DNA of 64,000 bases from Anaeramoeba ignava BMAN (taxonomy: Eukaryota; Protista; Anaeramoebae): assembly GCA_028826165.1 (NCBI GenBank), contig JAPDFW010000125.1, forward strand, positions 558,001 to 622,000. Reading direction: 5' to 3'. Made by a program: the position numbers and the translations under genes. Position 1 is the stretch's first letter; the number at the start of each line of letters is the position of its first letter. Shown here in pieces: positions 35,228 through 47,548 of the stretch. The notes under the pieces were generated by a model. The model was not told the DNA's origin and ran no database searches. It saw only the letters and a list, made by a program, of their open reading frames with translations.

Positions 35228-38200
35228 TCAATTGATTTGAGGAAGATAATTTTCTTTTTGGATCAAATTAAAAACATCTTGGTCTGGATTTAAAAAAGAA
35301 TCCATAACCGTTGGCAAATGTAATTGAGGGATTGAATGGAAATATTTTGCCATTGAATTGATACATCGAGCAGTTTTATTTTCTGCAATTTTTTTTCTTT
35401 CAGTTCTTGCTTGTTCGAATTTGAATCGATTAAAACCAACTTCATAAAGATGATCCAATTGATTTTCATCAAGAATTGCAATTTTCAAAGCAGAAACCCA
35501 TTTATTTCTTTGAGGACGAGAATCAGCAGCCAAATAAAGAATTTTGTCTTGAGATAACACTAAATTAAACTGGTTTTCCTTTTCTTTATGAACTGGTATT
35601 TGAACATACATTGCTGGTTCAATTGAAATTGTTCCTTGATGTTCTTGTATTCCTGGTGATACTAAAAATTCTGAGAGTTTTCGATCTTTTAATTGAAATC
35701 TTTGTGCTGTCCAGTTTTGATCTTGATCTTTTTTCCAAAGAACGTCTGATATTTCGTTTTGTTGTGTTATTTTTTTTCTTAATCGCTCTGTTTTTTTGTA
35801 TATTTTGTATTCAAAATATCCTATTCTTGTTGTTGTTACATGTGTTTCAATAAATGTACAAAATATCTGAGTACTTAAAAAGTGGTTCAAAAATGGCTAA
35901 ATTAAATATAAATATTAAATATTAAATATTAAATATTAAATATTAAATATTAAATATTAAATATTAAATATTAAAATATTAAATATTAAAATATAAATAT
36001 TAAATATATAAATATATAAATATTAAATATAAAAATATAAATTAAATATTAAATATTAAATATTAAAATATAAATATTAAAATATTAAATATAAAAATAT
36101 AAATTAAATATAAATATTAAATATTAAATATTAATAATCATTACAACACAATCTTCTGGAACTTGCTCCATAAATTTCTTCTTTTTAAAAGAAAATTTAA
36201 CTCTATCTGTAAAAGATACAAAATTCATATAATTTCTTAAAAGAGATACAAAAATACTAACCATTCCATTTCTTAAATTTTCAATTGGATCTTGAGTCTT
36301 ATTTGATTTTTTACCAAATTTATTAGTTGGAAATTTTAAACTATCCCAACTATGAATTTCAAGAAGATTTGAACGTAATGGATTTGCATGAGAACGAGAA
36401 AGTTCAGAGTGAAATTTCTGAGGAATTTTAGATATTCGAGATTTTTTAGATGGTATATTTTCTAGTTCTTCATCTTCTGATGAAGTTAAATCAGAATTTT
36501 CAAATTCAGTTTTTGGTAAAAGTATTTTTTTCGATATTTTTTGGAAATTTCCTAAACTATGTATTATTTTTTGCGTTTCTGTTTCATATTTTTTCTCTGT
36601 TTCAATATCATCTTCTTCAAATGATTCTGTTCTTTGATTTTCGTCTTCTGTTTCTAATGGATCCATTTCTAATGTTTTTGGATCTTTGTTTAATATCCAA
36701 CCTCGTATTTTATTTAGTATTCTTTGTGGAAGAAGATGCACATCTAATTGGCAATATACTTCATCATTATCAAGATCAACAATTACAGACTTTTGATAAA
36801 ATTCATTTAAAATTTAAAATTAATTTAAAATTCATTTATAAATTTAAAATTAAAATTAATTTAAAATTCATTTATAAATTTAAAATTAAAATTAATTTAA
36901 AATTCATTTATAAAATTAAAATTAAATATAAAATTAAAATTAAATATAAAATTAAAATTAAATATAAAATTAAAAATTAAAATTAAAATTAAAATTAAAA
37001 TTCAATATAAAATTAAAATTAAAAATTAAAATTAAAATTAAAATTAAAATTAAATATAAAATTAAAATTAAATATAAAATCAAAATTAAAATTCATTTAT
37101 AAATATAAAATTTTTACATCAGGTGTTAAATCTCGACCTCTTAACATTTCAGGATTGATTCCATAAAAACAAATAGTTGGGGATTCTAAATTTTCTGAAA
37201 GGGAAATTGGGAGATTTGGAATATATGGATACATCCATTCAACAGGATATATTAATGATAATAAAGCTTCACAACAAGGGACAAGCTTGAATCTTTCATG
37301 TGTTGCCATAATAATTGTTTTCTCATTAAGTATAGCCATAATTAAATAAGTTATATTATTCGCTGAAAGTGCATGAAATAAAATTTGATAATCAATCTAA
37401 AAATAGTTTTGTTAAATTCATTTTTAAATTTATTTATATTTATATTTAAATTCATTTTTAAATTCATTTTTATATTCATTTGTAAATTCATATTTAAATT
37501 CATATTTAAATTCATATTTATATTTATATTTAAATTCATTTTTAAATTCATTTTTAAATTCATATTTATATTTATTTTTAAATTTATTTTTAAATTCATT
37601 TGTAAATTCATTTGTAAATTTATTTGTAAATTTATTGAATAAAATACATCAGCAAATGGAAGTTTATCATTATCTTGATGTATTTGAGGAAATTGAATTC
37701 GAAATACACCAGAACGAACTAAAATAGGTTTTTGACCAGGAAATATTAATGGAATTTGACCTGAATCATCTAAAAGAGATTGATACAATCTTTGAGCATG
37801 AGATCCTAATTTATAAAGAAATGAATTATTTGATATTTATATTTATATTTATATTTATATTTATATTTATATTTATATTTATATTTATATTTATATTTAT
37901 ATTTATATTTATAATTATATTTATATTTATATTTATATTTATATTTATATTTATATTTATATTTATATTTATATTTATATTTATATTTATATTTATATTT
38001 ATATTTATATTTATATTTATATTTATATTTATATTTATATTTATATTTATATTTATATTTATATTTATATTTATATTTATATTTATATTTATATTTATAT
38101 TTATATTTATATTTATATTTTATATTTTTATATTTTTATTTTATATTTTATTTTTTTATATTTATATATTTTATATATTTATATTTATATTTATATTTAT

Positions 38201-38873
38201 ATTTATATTTATATTTATATTTATATTTATATTTAGATTTATATTTATATTTATATTTATATTTATATTTATATTTATATTTATATTTATATTTATATTT
38301 TGATTTATATTTTGATTTATATTTATATTTATATTTATATATTTTAATTTTTACTGGTAATTCTTCCTTTAATTTCAGAAGAAAAAGATTGAAAAAGTTC
38401 ATAAAAAGTTGCATGAAACGGACATTTAGAAACCAAACAAATACTTTCCGCACAAAAATAAGGATCTTCAGGTTCTTTATTTTTAGAATTTGAACGTGAT
38501 TTATGATGAGGAGGTCGATAACATTCAAAATAAGAAACAAAACAAGTTCCATAAATTTTTTCTTCAGGATTTGCTGATAAAACAAATTGATGAACATAAT
38601 CTTTTGGTTTTTCTTTAATAGAAACTTGTTCTGAAGGTTGACAGAATATAGAAATATTCTCTGGAACTTGATCTCGCAAATCTGGTATTAACATCTTAAT
38701 ATTTGGTGTTAATTCTTTTTATTTTTTTATTATTATTTTTTTATTATTATTTTTTTATTATTATTTTTTTATTATTTTTTATTATTTTTTATTATTTTAC
38801 TTTTCTTTTCTTTCCTTTTTTGTTCATCGAAATCAACTCCTGATATAATTATATATTCAAAAAGTTGTTTCAT
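35228..38873 (-). CDS. DENN-domain (Rab GEF) + PH protein; exons 38873-38801, 38714-38355, 37805-37648, 37396-37118, 36789-36145, 35896-35228
   Basis: uDENN (LFEYIIISG, IFCQP, FVLS..IYGTC), cDENN (EALLSLIYPVEWMYPYIPNLP, VIVDLD), dDENN (FLSTQIFCTFIE) and PH (YLAADSRPQRNKWVSAL). All five intron phases are consistent. Confidence 0.88.
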
Positions 38874-38962
38874 TTCAAAAATAAAAATAAAAATAAAAGA
38901 AAAAAAAATGAAATGAAAAAATGAAAAATCATTTTTTTCTTTTCTTTTCATTTTTTTTTCTT

Positions 38963-39805
38963 ATGAATTTTGATCAAGCTCAAATTCTTTCAAAAGAATT
39001 AAAAATTAAAGATTCAGTTTTAGAACTTCTTAATAAATCAACAAAAGAAACAGAACTTTTTTCAAAAAGTTTTATTGGAATAAAAACAATTGGAAAATGT
39101 GTTGATGTGTAAATAAATAAATAATAAAATAATAAATAAATAATAATAAATAATAAAATAATAAAATTATTATATTTCAAGTTATGATGGAGATACAGTT
39201 AAAGTTGTAATTCCGATTTATAATTATTCTTTAGTTAAACAATTTTCTTGTAGAATTTATGGAGTTGATACTCCAGAACTTCGTCCAAAAGGTTTATAAA
39301 TTAATTTTTAAATTTTTTTTAATATTTTTTAATAATTTAATTTTTAAAAAAATTAGGAATTGGAAAAGAAGATCCAAATTCAGAAAATTATAAAAAATTA
39401 CAAAGAGAAAGAGAAGCAGGTTTAAAATCAAAGGAATTTGTTGAAAAATTAATTTTAGAAAAATTTGTAAAATTAGAAATAAAAGGATTTGATAAATATG
39501 GAAGATTACTTGCAGATATTTTAATAAATGATCCAAAAAATAAAACAAAAGAAATTAATCTTGCAGAATTATTAATTTCAAAAGGATTAGGTGTTTATTA
39601 TGATGGAGGAACAAAAACTGGATTTGAAGAAAAACCAAAAGAAAAAACTAAAACTAAAACAACAACAAAACAAAAAGAAAAACCAAAAGAAAAAACTAAA
39701 ACTAAAACTAAAACAACAACAAAAGAAAAAACTAAAACAAATCAAAAAGAAAAACCAAAAGCTAAATCAACAAAAGCAAAAACAAAAACAAATTCCAAAA
39801 AATAA
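38963..39805 (+). CDS. Staphylococcal nuclease (thermonuclease)-like protein, copy 1; introns 39109-39181 and 39292-39356
   Basis: Spliced: KCVDVYDGDTVKV...CRIYGVDTPELRPKG...EAGLKSKEFV...GFDKYGRLLADI...GVYYDGGTK, followed by a Lys/Thr-rich tail. Confidence 0.9.
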
Positions 39806-39897
39806 AAGGGAATGAAATTGGAAATAAATAATTCCAAATCTTTTTTTTTTCCGATTTTGAAAAATCATTTTTTTCTTTTCATTTCATTTTTTTTCTT

Positions 39898-40714
39898 ATG
39901 AATTTTAATCAAGCTCAAATTCTTTCAAAAGAATTAAAAATTAAAGATTCAGTTTTAGAACTACTTAATAAATCAACAAAAGAAACAGAACTTTTTTCAA
40001 AAAGTTTTATTGGAATAAAAACAATTGGAAAATGTGTTGATGTGTAAATAAATAAATAAATAAATAATAAAATAATAAAATTAAAATTTATTATATTTCA
40101 AGTTATGATGGAGATACAGTTAAAGTTGTAATTCCGATTTATAATTATTCTTTAGTTAAACAATTTTCTTGTAGAATTTATGGAGTTGATACTCCAGAAC
40201 TTCGTCCAAAAGGTTTATAAATTAATTTTTAAATTTTTTAATATTTTTTTTAATAATTTAATTTTTAAAAAAATTAGGAATTGGAAAAGAAGATCCAAAT
40301 TCAGAAAAATATAAAAAATTACAAAGAGAAAGAGAAGCAGGTTTAAAATCAAAAGAATTTGTTGAAAAATTAATTTTAGAAAAATTTGTAAAATTAGAAA
40401 TAAAAGGATTTGATAAATATGGAAGATTACTTGCAGATATTTTAATAAATGATCCAAAAAATAAAACAAAAGAAATTAATCTTGCAGAATTATTAATTTC
40501 AAAAGGATTAGGTGTTTATTATGATGGAGGAACAAAAATTGGATTTGAAGAAAAACCAAAAAGAAAACAAATTAAAAAAAGAAAACAAAATAATCAAATT
40601 GAAAATCAAAAAGGAAAACAAAAAACAAATCAAAATCAAAATCAAAATCAAAATCAAAAAAGAAATAAAAGAAAAATTCCAAAAGAAACAAAAGAAAATT
40701 CAAAATGTTTTTAA
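39898..40714 (+). CDS. Staphylococcal nuclease-like protein, copy 2; introns 40044-40102 and 40213-40277
   Basis: Near-identical tandem duplicate with a different Lys/Asn/Gln-rich tail ending ENSKCF*. Confidence 0.9.
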
Positions 40715-41060
40715 AAAAAAAAAAATTATTAAAAAAAAATTTTTTTTTTCATTTTTTCACTTCTCTTTGAATTTTTTTTATTGTTATAATTTTGATTAGA
40801 AATGTTTTTTTTCTTTTCAAAATTTTGATTAACAATAAAACAATCCTTAAAATTAAATTAAGTGAATTGATAAATTATTCAAAGAAAGATTTTTGCGAAT
40901 CCATTGCTCACGAATAAAGAAAATAAACACTATTCTTTATTCGTTTCATATTGTTCGCAATAATTTTTAATTTATAATTTTTTAAAAAAATATTTTTTTT
41001 TTCATTTTTTTTTTTTCATTTTTTTTTCCATTCATTTTAAAAAAAGAAAAAGAAAAAGAA

Positions 41061-44000
41061 ATGGAAATGGATTTTTGGGATGCTATTGAAAAAAATAACT
41101 TAGAATTCCTAAAACAAATTAAATCAATTAAAGGAAAAAATTCACAAATTTTAGATCGTTTAATTCAACAAAAAACTTCTATTGAAATTATAAGGATTTT
41201 AATTAAGAAAGGGATAGAATTAAATATATTGGATTTATCACAAAGAAATGCACTTCATTTAGCAATTATAAATCATTCAGAAATTGAACTTATTGATTTA
41301 TTAATTCTCAGTGGAGTCAAAACTACTCAAAAAGACAATAAAAACAACGAACCAATTCATTATGCTGTTCAATATTTCCAAGGAAAAGAAAGCAAAAAAA
41401 TTGTTTCTTTACTTCTTGAAAATGGAGCATCTGTGAATGTGAAAAATTCCCAAAACGAAACACCTTTGCATATTGCTTGTCAACACCAAAAATCACTTGA
41501 AGTGGTTATGTTTCTTATCCAAAAAGGAGCAAAAGTAAACTCAACTAATCATCAAAAGGAAACACCTTTACATTTTGCTGCTGAAAATAACCAATATGAA
41601 ATTGTGAAATTTCTTCTTCAAAGAAATGCCCTTTTGAATCAAACAACAAGATATACAAACCAAACACCTTTGCATTTTGTTTGCCAACGAAAAGATGATC
41701 CAATCGATGTTATCAAACTACTTGTTGAAAAAGGAGCTGATGTGAATGCAAAAACAAAAGCAAGTGAAACACCTCTGCATTTTGTTTGTCAATATAAAAA
41801 TTCACTTGAGATCATCAAACTTTTGATTGAAAAAGGAGCTGATGTGAATGCAAAAACGTTTAGAAACGAAACACCTCTGCATTTTGCTTGTCAATATAAA
41901 AATTCAGTCGAGGTGATCAATTTTTTGATTGAAAAAGGAGCTGATGTAAATTTATATAACGCAACGCAAGAAACACTTCTCCATATTGTTTGCAAAGAAG
42001 GTCAAATTGAAATTGCAAGAAAACTTGTGGAAAATGGAGCCGATATACACGCAAAAAACAATTATAACGAGACTCCATTGCACATTGCGTTTCAATTCAC
42101 TAAATCTTTCGATATTGCACTTTTTTTAATTGAAAAAGGAGCCGATGTGGATTCCAAAACTAGTCAAAATGAAACCTCTCTTCATTTTGTTTGCAAGAGC
42201 CAATATTCAACTGATGCTATAGAACTAGTTATTGAAAAGACAAAAGATATAAATGCAAAAACAGATAGAAACGAAACACCTTTGCATTTTGCTTGTCAAT
42301 ACCAGAATTCAGTTGATGTTATCAGGCTACTTATTGAAAAAGGAGCAGATTTAAAAATAAAAAACAAGAGAAAGGAGACGCCCTTGCATTTTGCTTGTCG
42401 GCATCAAAGACCACTTGAAATTATAAAATTTCTTGTTGAAAAGGGAGATGATGTAAATGCAAAAAATACTAATAATGAAACGCCTTTGCATTTTGCTTGT
42501 AAATACAAAAATTCACTTGAAACTGTTAACTTTTTGATTGGAAAAGGAGCTGTTGTAAACGTAGATAATCAAAAGAACGAAACTCCCTCTTCATATTGCC
42601 TGCAAAGAAAACAATATTGAAATTATAAGATTACTTTTGAAAGCTGGAGCCAATATTCATGCGCAAAATTCAAGACAACAAAAACCATTTGATCTTGCCA
42701 TTCTATTAAATTCAACGGAAATGATGGAAATTTTTATTGATGCCGGAGTTGATCCAAATACAAAAAATGCTGAAAACAAAACATTTTTGGAAAAAGCACT
42801 TGAATATAAATCATATCAAATGATAACTTTTCTTGTTGAAAAAGGAGCTAATGTGGATATTAATACAACAAAAAAAGAACCTTTTTTGCATAGTGTTTTG
42901 AAGAATGAAGAATTATTTGAGATTTTGAAATTTTTAGTTAAAAAAGGAGCCAATGTAAACTCAAAAAGTTCTGATCAAAAAACTCCTTTGGATATTGCTT
43001 TAACCCAAAATTCATTTGAAGTTATCAAATTTCTTGTTGAGAATGGAGCTGATATCAACGGGAAAGGTCCTTATGGAGCAAGTAATTTTGAAACTGCAAT
43101 TCGTTATTCTTCAATAGAAGTGATTGAACTTTTCGTGAAAAAAGGAGCCAATATTAAAGAAAAAACTATATATGGAGAAACATATATAAACTTCGCGTTG
43201 GAAAAAGGATCGTTTGAGATTCTTAAGATTCTTGTAGAAAATGGAGCCGATGTGAATGAAAAATCGGGAAGTTATTATCCTCTCGAATATTCATTAAAAT
43301 ATCGCAGTTTTGAATTCACAGAATTTCTTGTGAGAAATGGAGCTAAAATTAACATCAACGATTACAAAGGAATTCCCCTTTTTCTTGTTGCTTGCAAACA
43401 CAAATCGATAAAAACATTAAATTTTCTTGTTGAAAATGGAGCTGATGTTTTTGTCCAAAGCAAAGATAACGAAAATGCGCTCCATTTCGCAATGAACAGA
43501 AATCAGTTATCTTTAGGAGTTGTCAAGTTTCTTGCTGGACATGGAATTGATTTTAATTTAACCAATTCACGCGGCGAAACACCTTTGTGTCTTGCAATAA
43601 CAAAAAACCACAGAAAAATAATTTCATTTCTGCTCATGAATAATGCAGATATTTCCTATTTAAAAGACCAAAATTACACAAAAGATTTTCTTGAAATATT
43701 TTCTCGGGTTTATTCAATTAATCACGACTTGAATAATTTGTTAATTTCAGACTATTTTTTCGACTTCCAGATTCAATCCAATGATTCTTCCAAATTTAAT
43801 GTTCACAAATTGATTTTATTGACAAGATTTGATAATGATAATTCGCTTTTGCAAAAATTCATCAATGTTTGCAATCAAAAATCACAAGAATCTGTGAAAT
43901 TTGCTTTGAGTTTTCTTTACACTGGATTTCTTGATTTCGAAACATATGCACATAAACTAATTGAAAAAAATCAAACAATTTCTTACAAACATGATAAATC

Positions 44001-44514
44001 ATCAGTAGAATTACAATACAAGTCTCAAAAAGATGAACAAATTCTCATTTTGGAAGGAATTCAAAAAGAAAAAGAAAGAAAACAAAATGAACTTATGGAA
44101 GAATTTTTTAAAGAAGTTGGACTCGATTCAAATTGGATTGAATCAAAAAGAGGAAGAAAAGGAATCTTGAAAGATTTCCATAAATTATATCTAGATGAAT
44201 CAACAAAAGATTTTACAATCATTTGTTCAAATGGAAAAGAAATTAAAATTCATCGATTCATTTTGATAATAAGAAGTGAATTATATAAAGGAATGTTTGC
44301 ATTAAATGTTCAAGATAAATCTAATCAAGTCCATGATTATTCAGGAAAATCTTTTGAAACTTTAAACGAATTGGTTTATTTTTTTTATCATGATGAAATT
44401 AATGAAAATCGATTCACTCCAAAAATTATTGAAGAATTTGAAGATGTTGAAGATTATTTTCAATTAAATCAAAATTCAATTTTAAAGTTTTGTTTAGAGA
44501 ATTTAGAAAATTAA
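41061..44514 (+). pseudogene. Long ankyrin-repeat + tandem BTB gene split by a +1 frameshift at about 42585-42587
   Basis: Removing one C from ACTCCCTCTTCAT restores ETPLHIACKENNIEIIRLLLKAGA and joins track ORFs 41061..42620 and 42637..44514. May be a sequencing error. Confidence 0.75.
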
Positions 44515-44797
44515 ATTCAAATTCAATTTCAAATTCAAATTCAATAAAATTTTAAAATTTGAAAAAAATTTGTTTTTGGTTTTTTTAGTTCATTTTGAAA
44601 AATAAATGAACTAAAAAAACAGAAATTTGGAATTTGGATTCATTGAGAATTTTGAAAAAGAAAAAATTTGAAAAAAAAAAAAATAGAAAAAGAAGTGAAG
44701 AAAAAAAAAATAGAAGAAGAAAAAGAAGTGAAAAAAAATTGAATTGAAAAGAAAAAAATAGGTTGAATTGAATTGAAATGAAAAAGAGAAGAGTTGC

Positions 44798-47292
44798 TTA
44801 TTGAAGCATTGCAGCAAGCATAACAAATGAGTTGAAATCAAGAGTAATTCTTCCATCTTTGTCTGTGTCATAATAGACGAATAATGTTCTAACATGTCCT
44901 AAAAATGCGCATAATGAAATCCATCCATCCAATAAGATTTGTCCATTTTTTCCAAATCTTTTAGCTAATTCTTGAACAACATTTGGTGGGAATTGGAATC
45001 CAGAATATTCTATTTTATAATTTTATAAATAATTTTATATTTAATTTTATAATTTTATAAATAATTTTATAAATAATTTTATATTTAATTTTATAATTTT
45101 ATAAATAATTTTATAAATAATTTTATAATTTTATAAATAATTTTATATTTAATTTTATATTTAATTTTATATTTAATTTTATAAATAATTTTATATTTAA
45201 TTTTATAAATAATTTTATATATAATTTTATAAATAATTTTATAAATAATTTTATATATAATTTTATAAATAATTTTATATATAATTTTATATATAATTTT
45301 ATCAATAATTTTATATATAATTTTATAAATAATTTTATAAATAATTTTATATTTAATTTTATATTTAATTTTATAAATAATTTTATATTTAATTTTATAT
45401 TTAATTTTATATTTAATTTTATATTTAATTTTATATTTAATTTTATAAATAATTTTATATTTAAATTAAGATGAATTACGTAAAGCAGTGGCTAATTCAT
45501 TGAAGTCAATTGTTCCACCTTTATCACGATCAACATTGTAAAAGCTTTGTTGCATTTGAGTAATGAATTGATACAAAGGCTATTTTTATATTTATTATTT
45601 TAATTTTAATTTTAATTATATTTATTATTTTAATTTTAATTGTATTTACAATGAATTCTTGGAAATTAACAGCTCCCTTTTTGTTTTGATCAAACATCCT
45701 GTTATTTTTTATTTAAATTTTTTATTTAAATTTGTTTTTTTTTTAAATAATATAATTCTTGAAATTTATTTACTTAATAAGTAATGATGCAGTTGAAATT
45801 GAGAATTTGTATCCTCCTTGTGAAAGTGCTCGAACAAGTTCCTCTGGTTCAACTAATCCACTTTTGTCCTGTTAAATAATTTAATAATAAATTTATTATT
45901 ATATTTATTATTATATTTATTATTAAAATTATTAATAAAATTATTATTAAATTTATTATTAAATTTATTATTATATTTATTATTATATTTATTATTAAAT
46001 TTATTATTATATTTATTATTAAATTTATTATTATATTTATTATATTTATTTATTATTTATATTTTATTATTTTATTATTTATTATTTATTTATTTATTAT
46101 TTATTTATTATTAAATTTTTATTATTATATTTATTATTATATTTATTATTATATTTATTATTATATTTATTATTAAATTTATTATTATATTTATTATTAT
46201 ATTTATTATTATATTTATTATTATAATTTATTATTATATTTATTATTATATTTATTATTAAAATTATTATTATATTTATTATTATTTTATTATTATTAAT
46301 TATTATTATTATTATTATTTATTATTAAAAATTATTATTATTATTATTATTAAAATTATTATTAAAATTTATTATTATATTTTTTATTATTATATATTTT
46401 TATTATTAAATTTATTATTATATTTATTATTAAAATTATTATTAAATTTATTATTATATTTATTATTATATTTATTATTATATTTATTATTATATTTATT
46501 ATTATATTTATTATTATGATTATTATTATTATTATATTTATTATTATATTTATTATTAAAATTATTATTATATTTATTATTATATTTATTATTAAATTTA
46601 TTATTAAATTTATTATTATATTTATTTATTTATTATTAAATTTATTATTATATTTATTATTATATTTATTATTATTTATTAAATTATTATTAAATTTATT
46701 ATTATATTTATTATTAAAAATTATTATTATATTTATTATTAAATTTATTATTATATTTATTATTAAAATTATTATTATATTTATTATTAAAATTATTATT
46801 ATATTTATTATTATATTTATTATTATATTTATTATTAAATTTATTATTATATTTATTATATTTATTATTATATTTATTATTATATTTATTATTATATTTA
46901 TTATATTTATTATTAAAAATATTATTATATTTATTATTATATTTATTATTATAATTATTATTATATTTATTATTATATTTATTATTATATTTATTATTAA
47001 AATTATTATTAAAATTAAATGGGAATTATTGAATGGAAAGAAAAGTCTTTACAGTATCAACCTAATTAATAAATAAATCAAAAAAAAAGAAAAAAAAATT
47101 TGGAATAAGTAAAGTTAAAAAAATAAATAAAAAATTAAAAAAAAAGAGAAAGAAGCAAAAAAAAAATAAAAATAATAAAAATAAATAAAAATAAATAAAA
47201 ATGTTATTAGAAATGAGATTTACAGCTTGAAACCACATTTGAAGTTGTAAAAACATTTGTTGTTGTTGTTGTTGTTGTTGTTGCATATTCAT
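44798..47292 (-). CDS. Penta-EF-hand protein (ALG-2/peflin/sorcin family); exons 47292-47224, 47061-47053, 45868-45774, 45698-45650, 45579-45480, 45009-44798
   Basis: Spliced: LQMWFQA|VDT|DKSGLVEPEEL...MFDQNKKGAVNFQEF...FYNVDRDKGGTIDFNEL...YDTDKDGRITLDFNSF. Phases are consistent. Confidence 0.9.
45869..47052. repeat. Intronic (ATTTATTATTAT)n satellite
   Basis: Fills penta-EF-hand intron 2; intron 45010-45479 carries a different (AATTTTATAAAT)n array. Confidence 0.9.
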
Positions 47293-47548
47293 TTTGAAAT
47301 GTTTATTAAGAAAAAGAAAAGGAAAAAAATGAAAAAAAAATAAAATAAAAAATTAAATAAAAAAGATCAAAAAAAAAAAAATAAAATTTTTCTCCTTTTT
47401 GTTTTATTTTTATTTTTCTCCTTTTTTATTTTTATTTAATTAAAAAAAAAAAAACAAATAACAAAATTTTAATTAAAAAAAAAAAGAAAGAAAGAAAGAA
47501 AGAAAGAAAGAATTAAAACAAGAAATATAATCAAAAATTGTTTTGTGA

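Noticed and set aside
38921-38962. Signal peptide MKNHFFLFFSFFFL on nuclease copy 1
   Set aside because: Copy 2 lacks this ATG, and the Phe run is the T-rich promoter motif; the shared start is MNF(D/N)QAQ.
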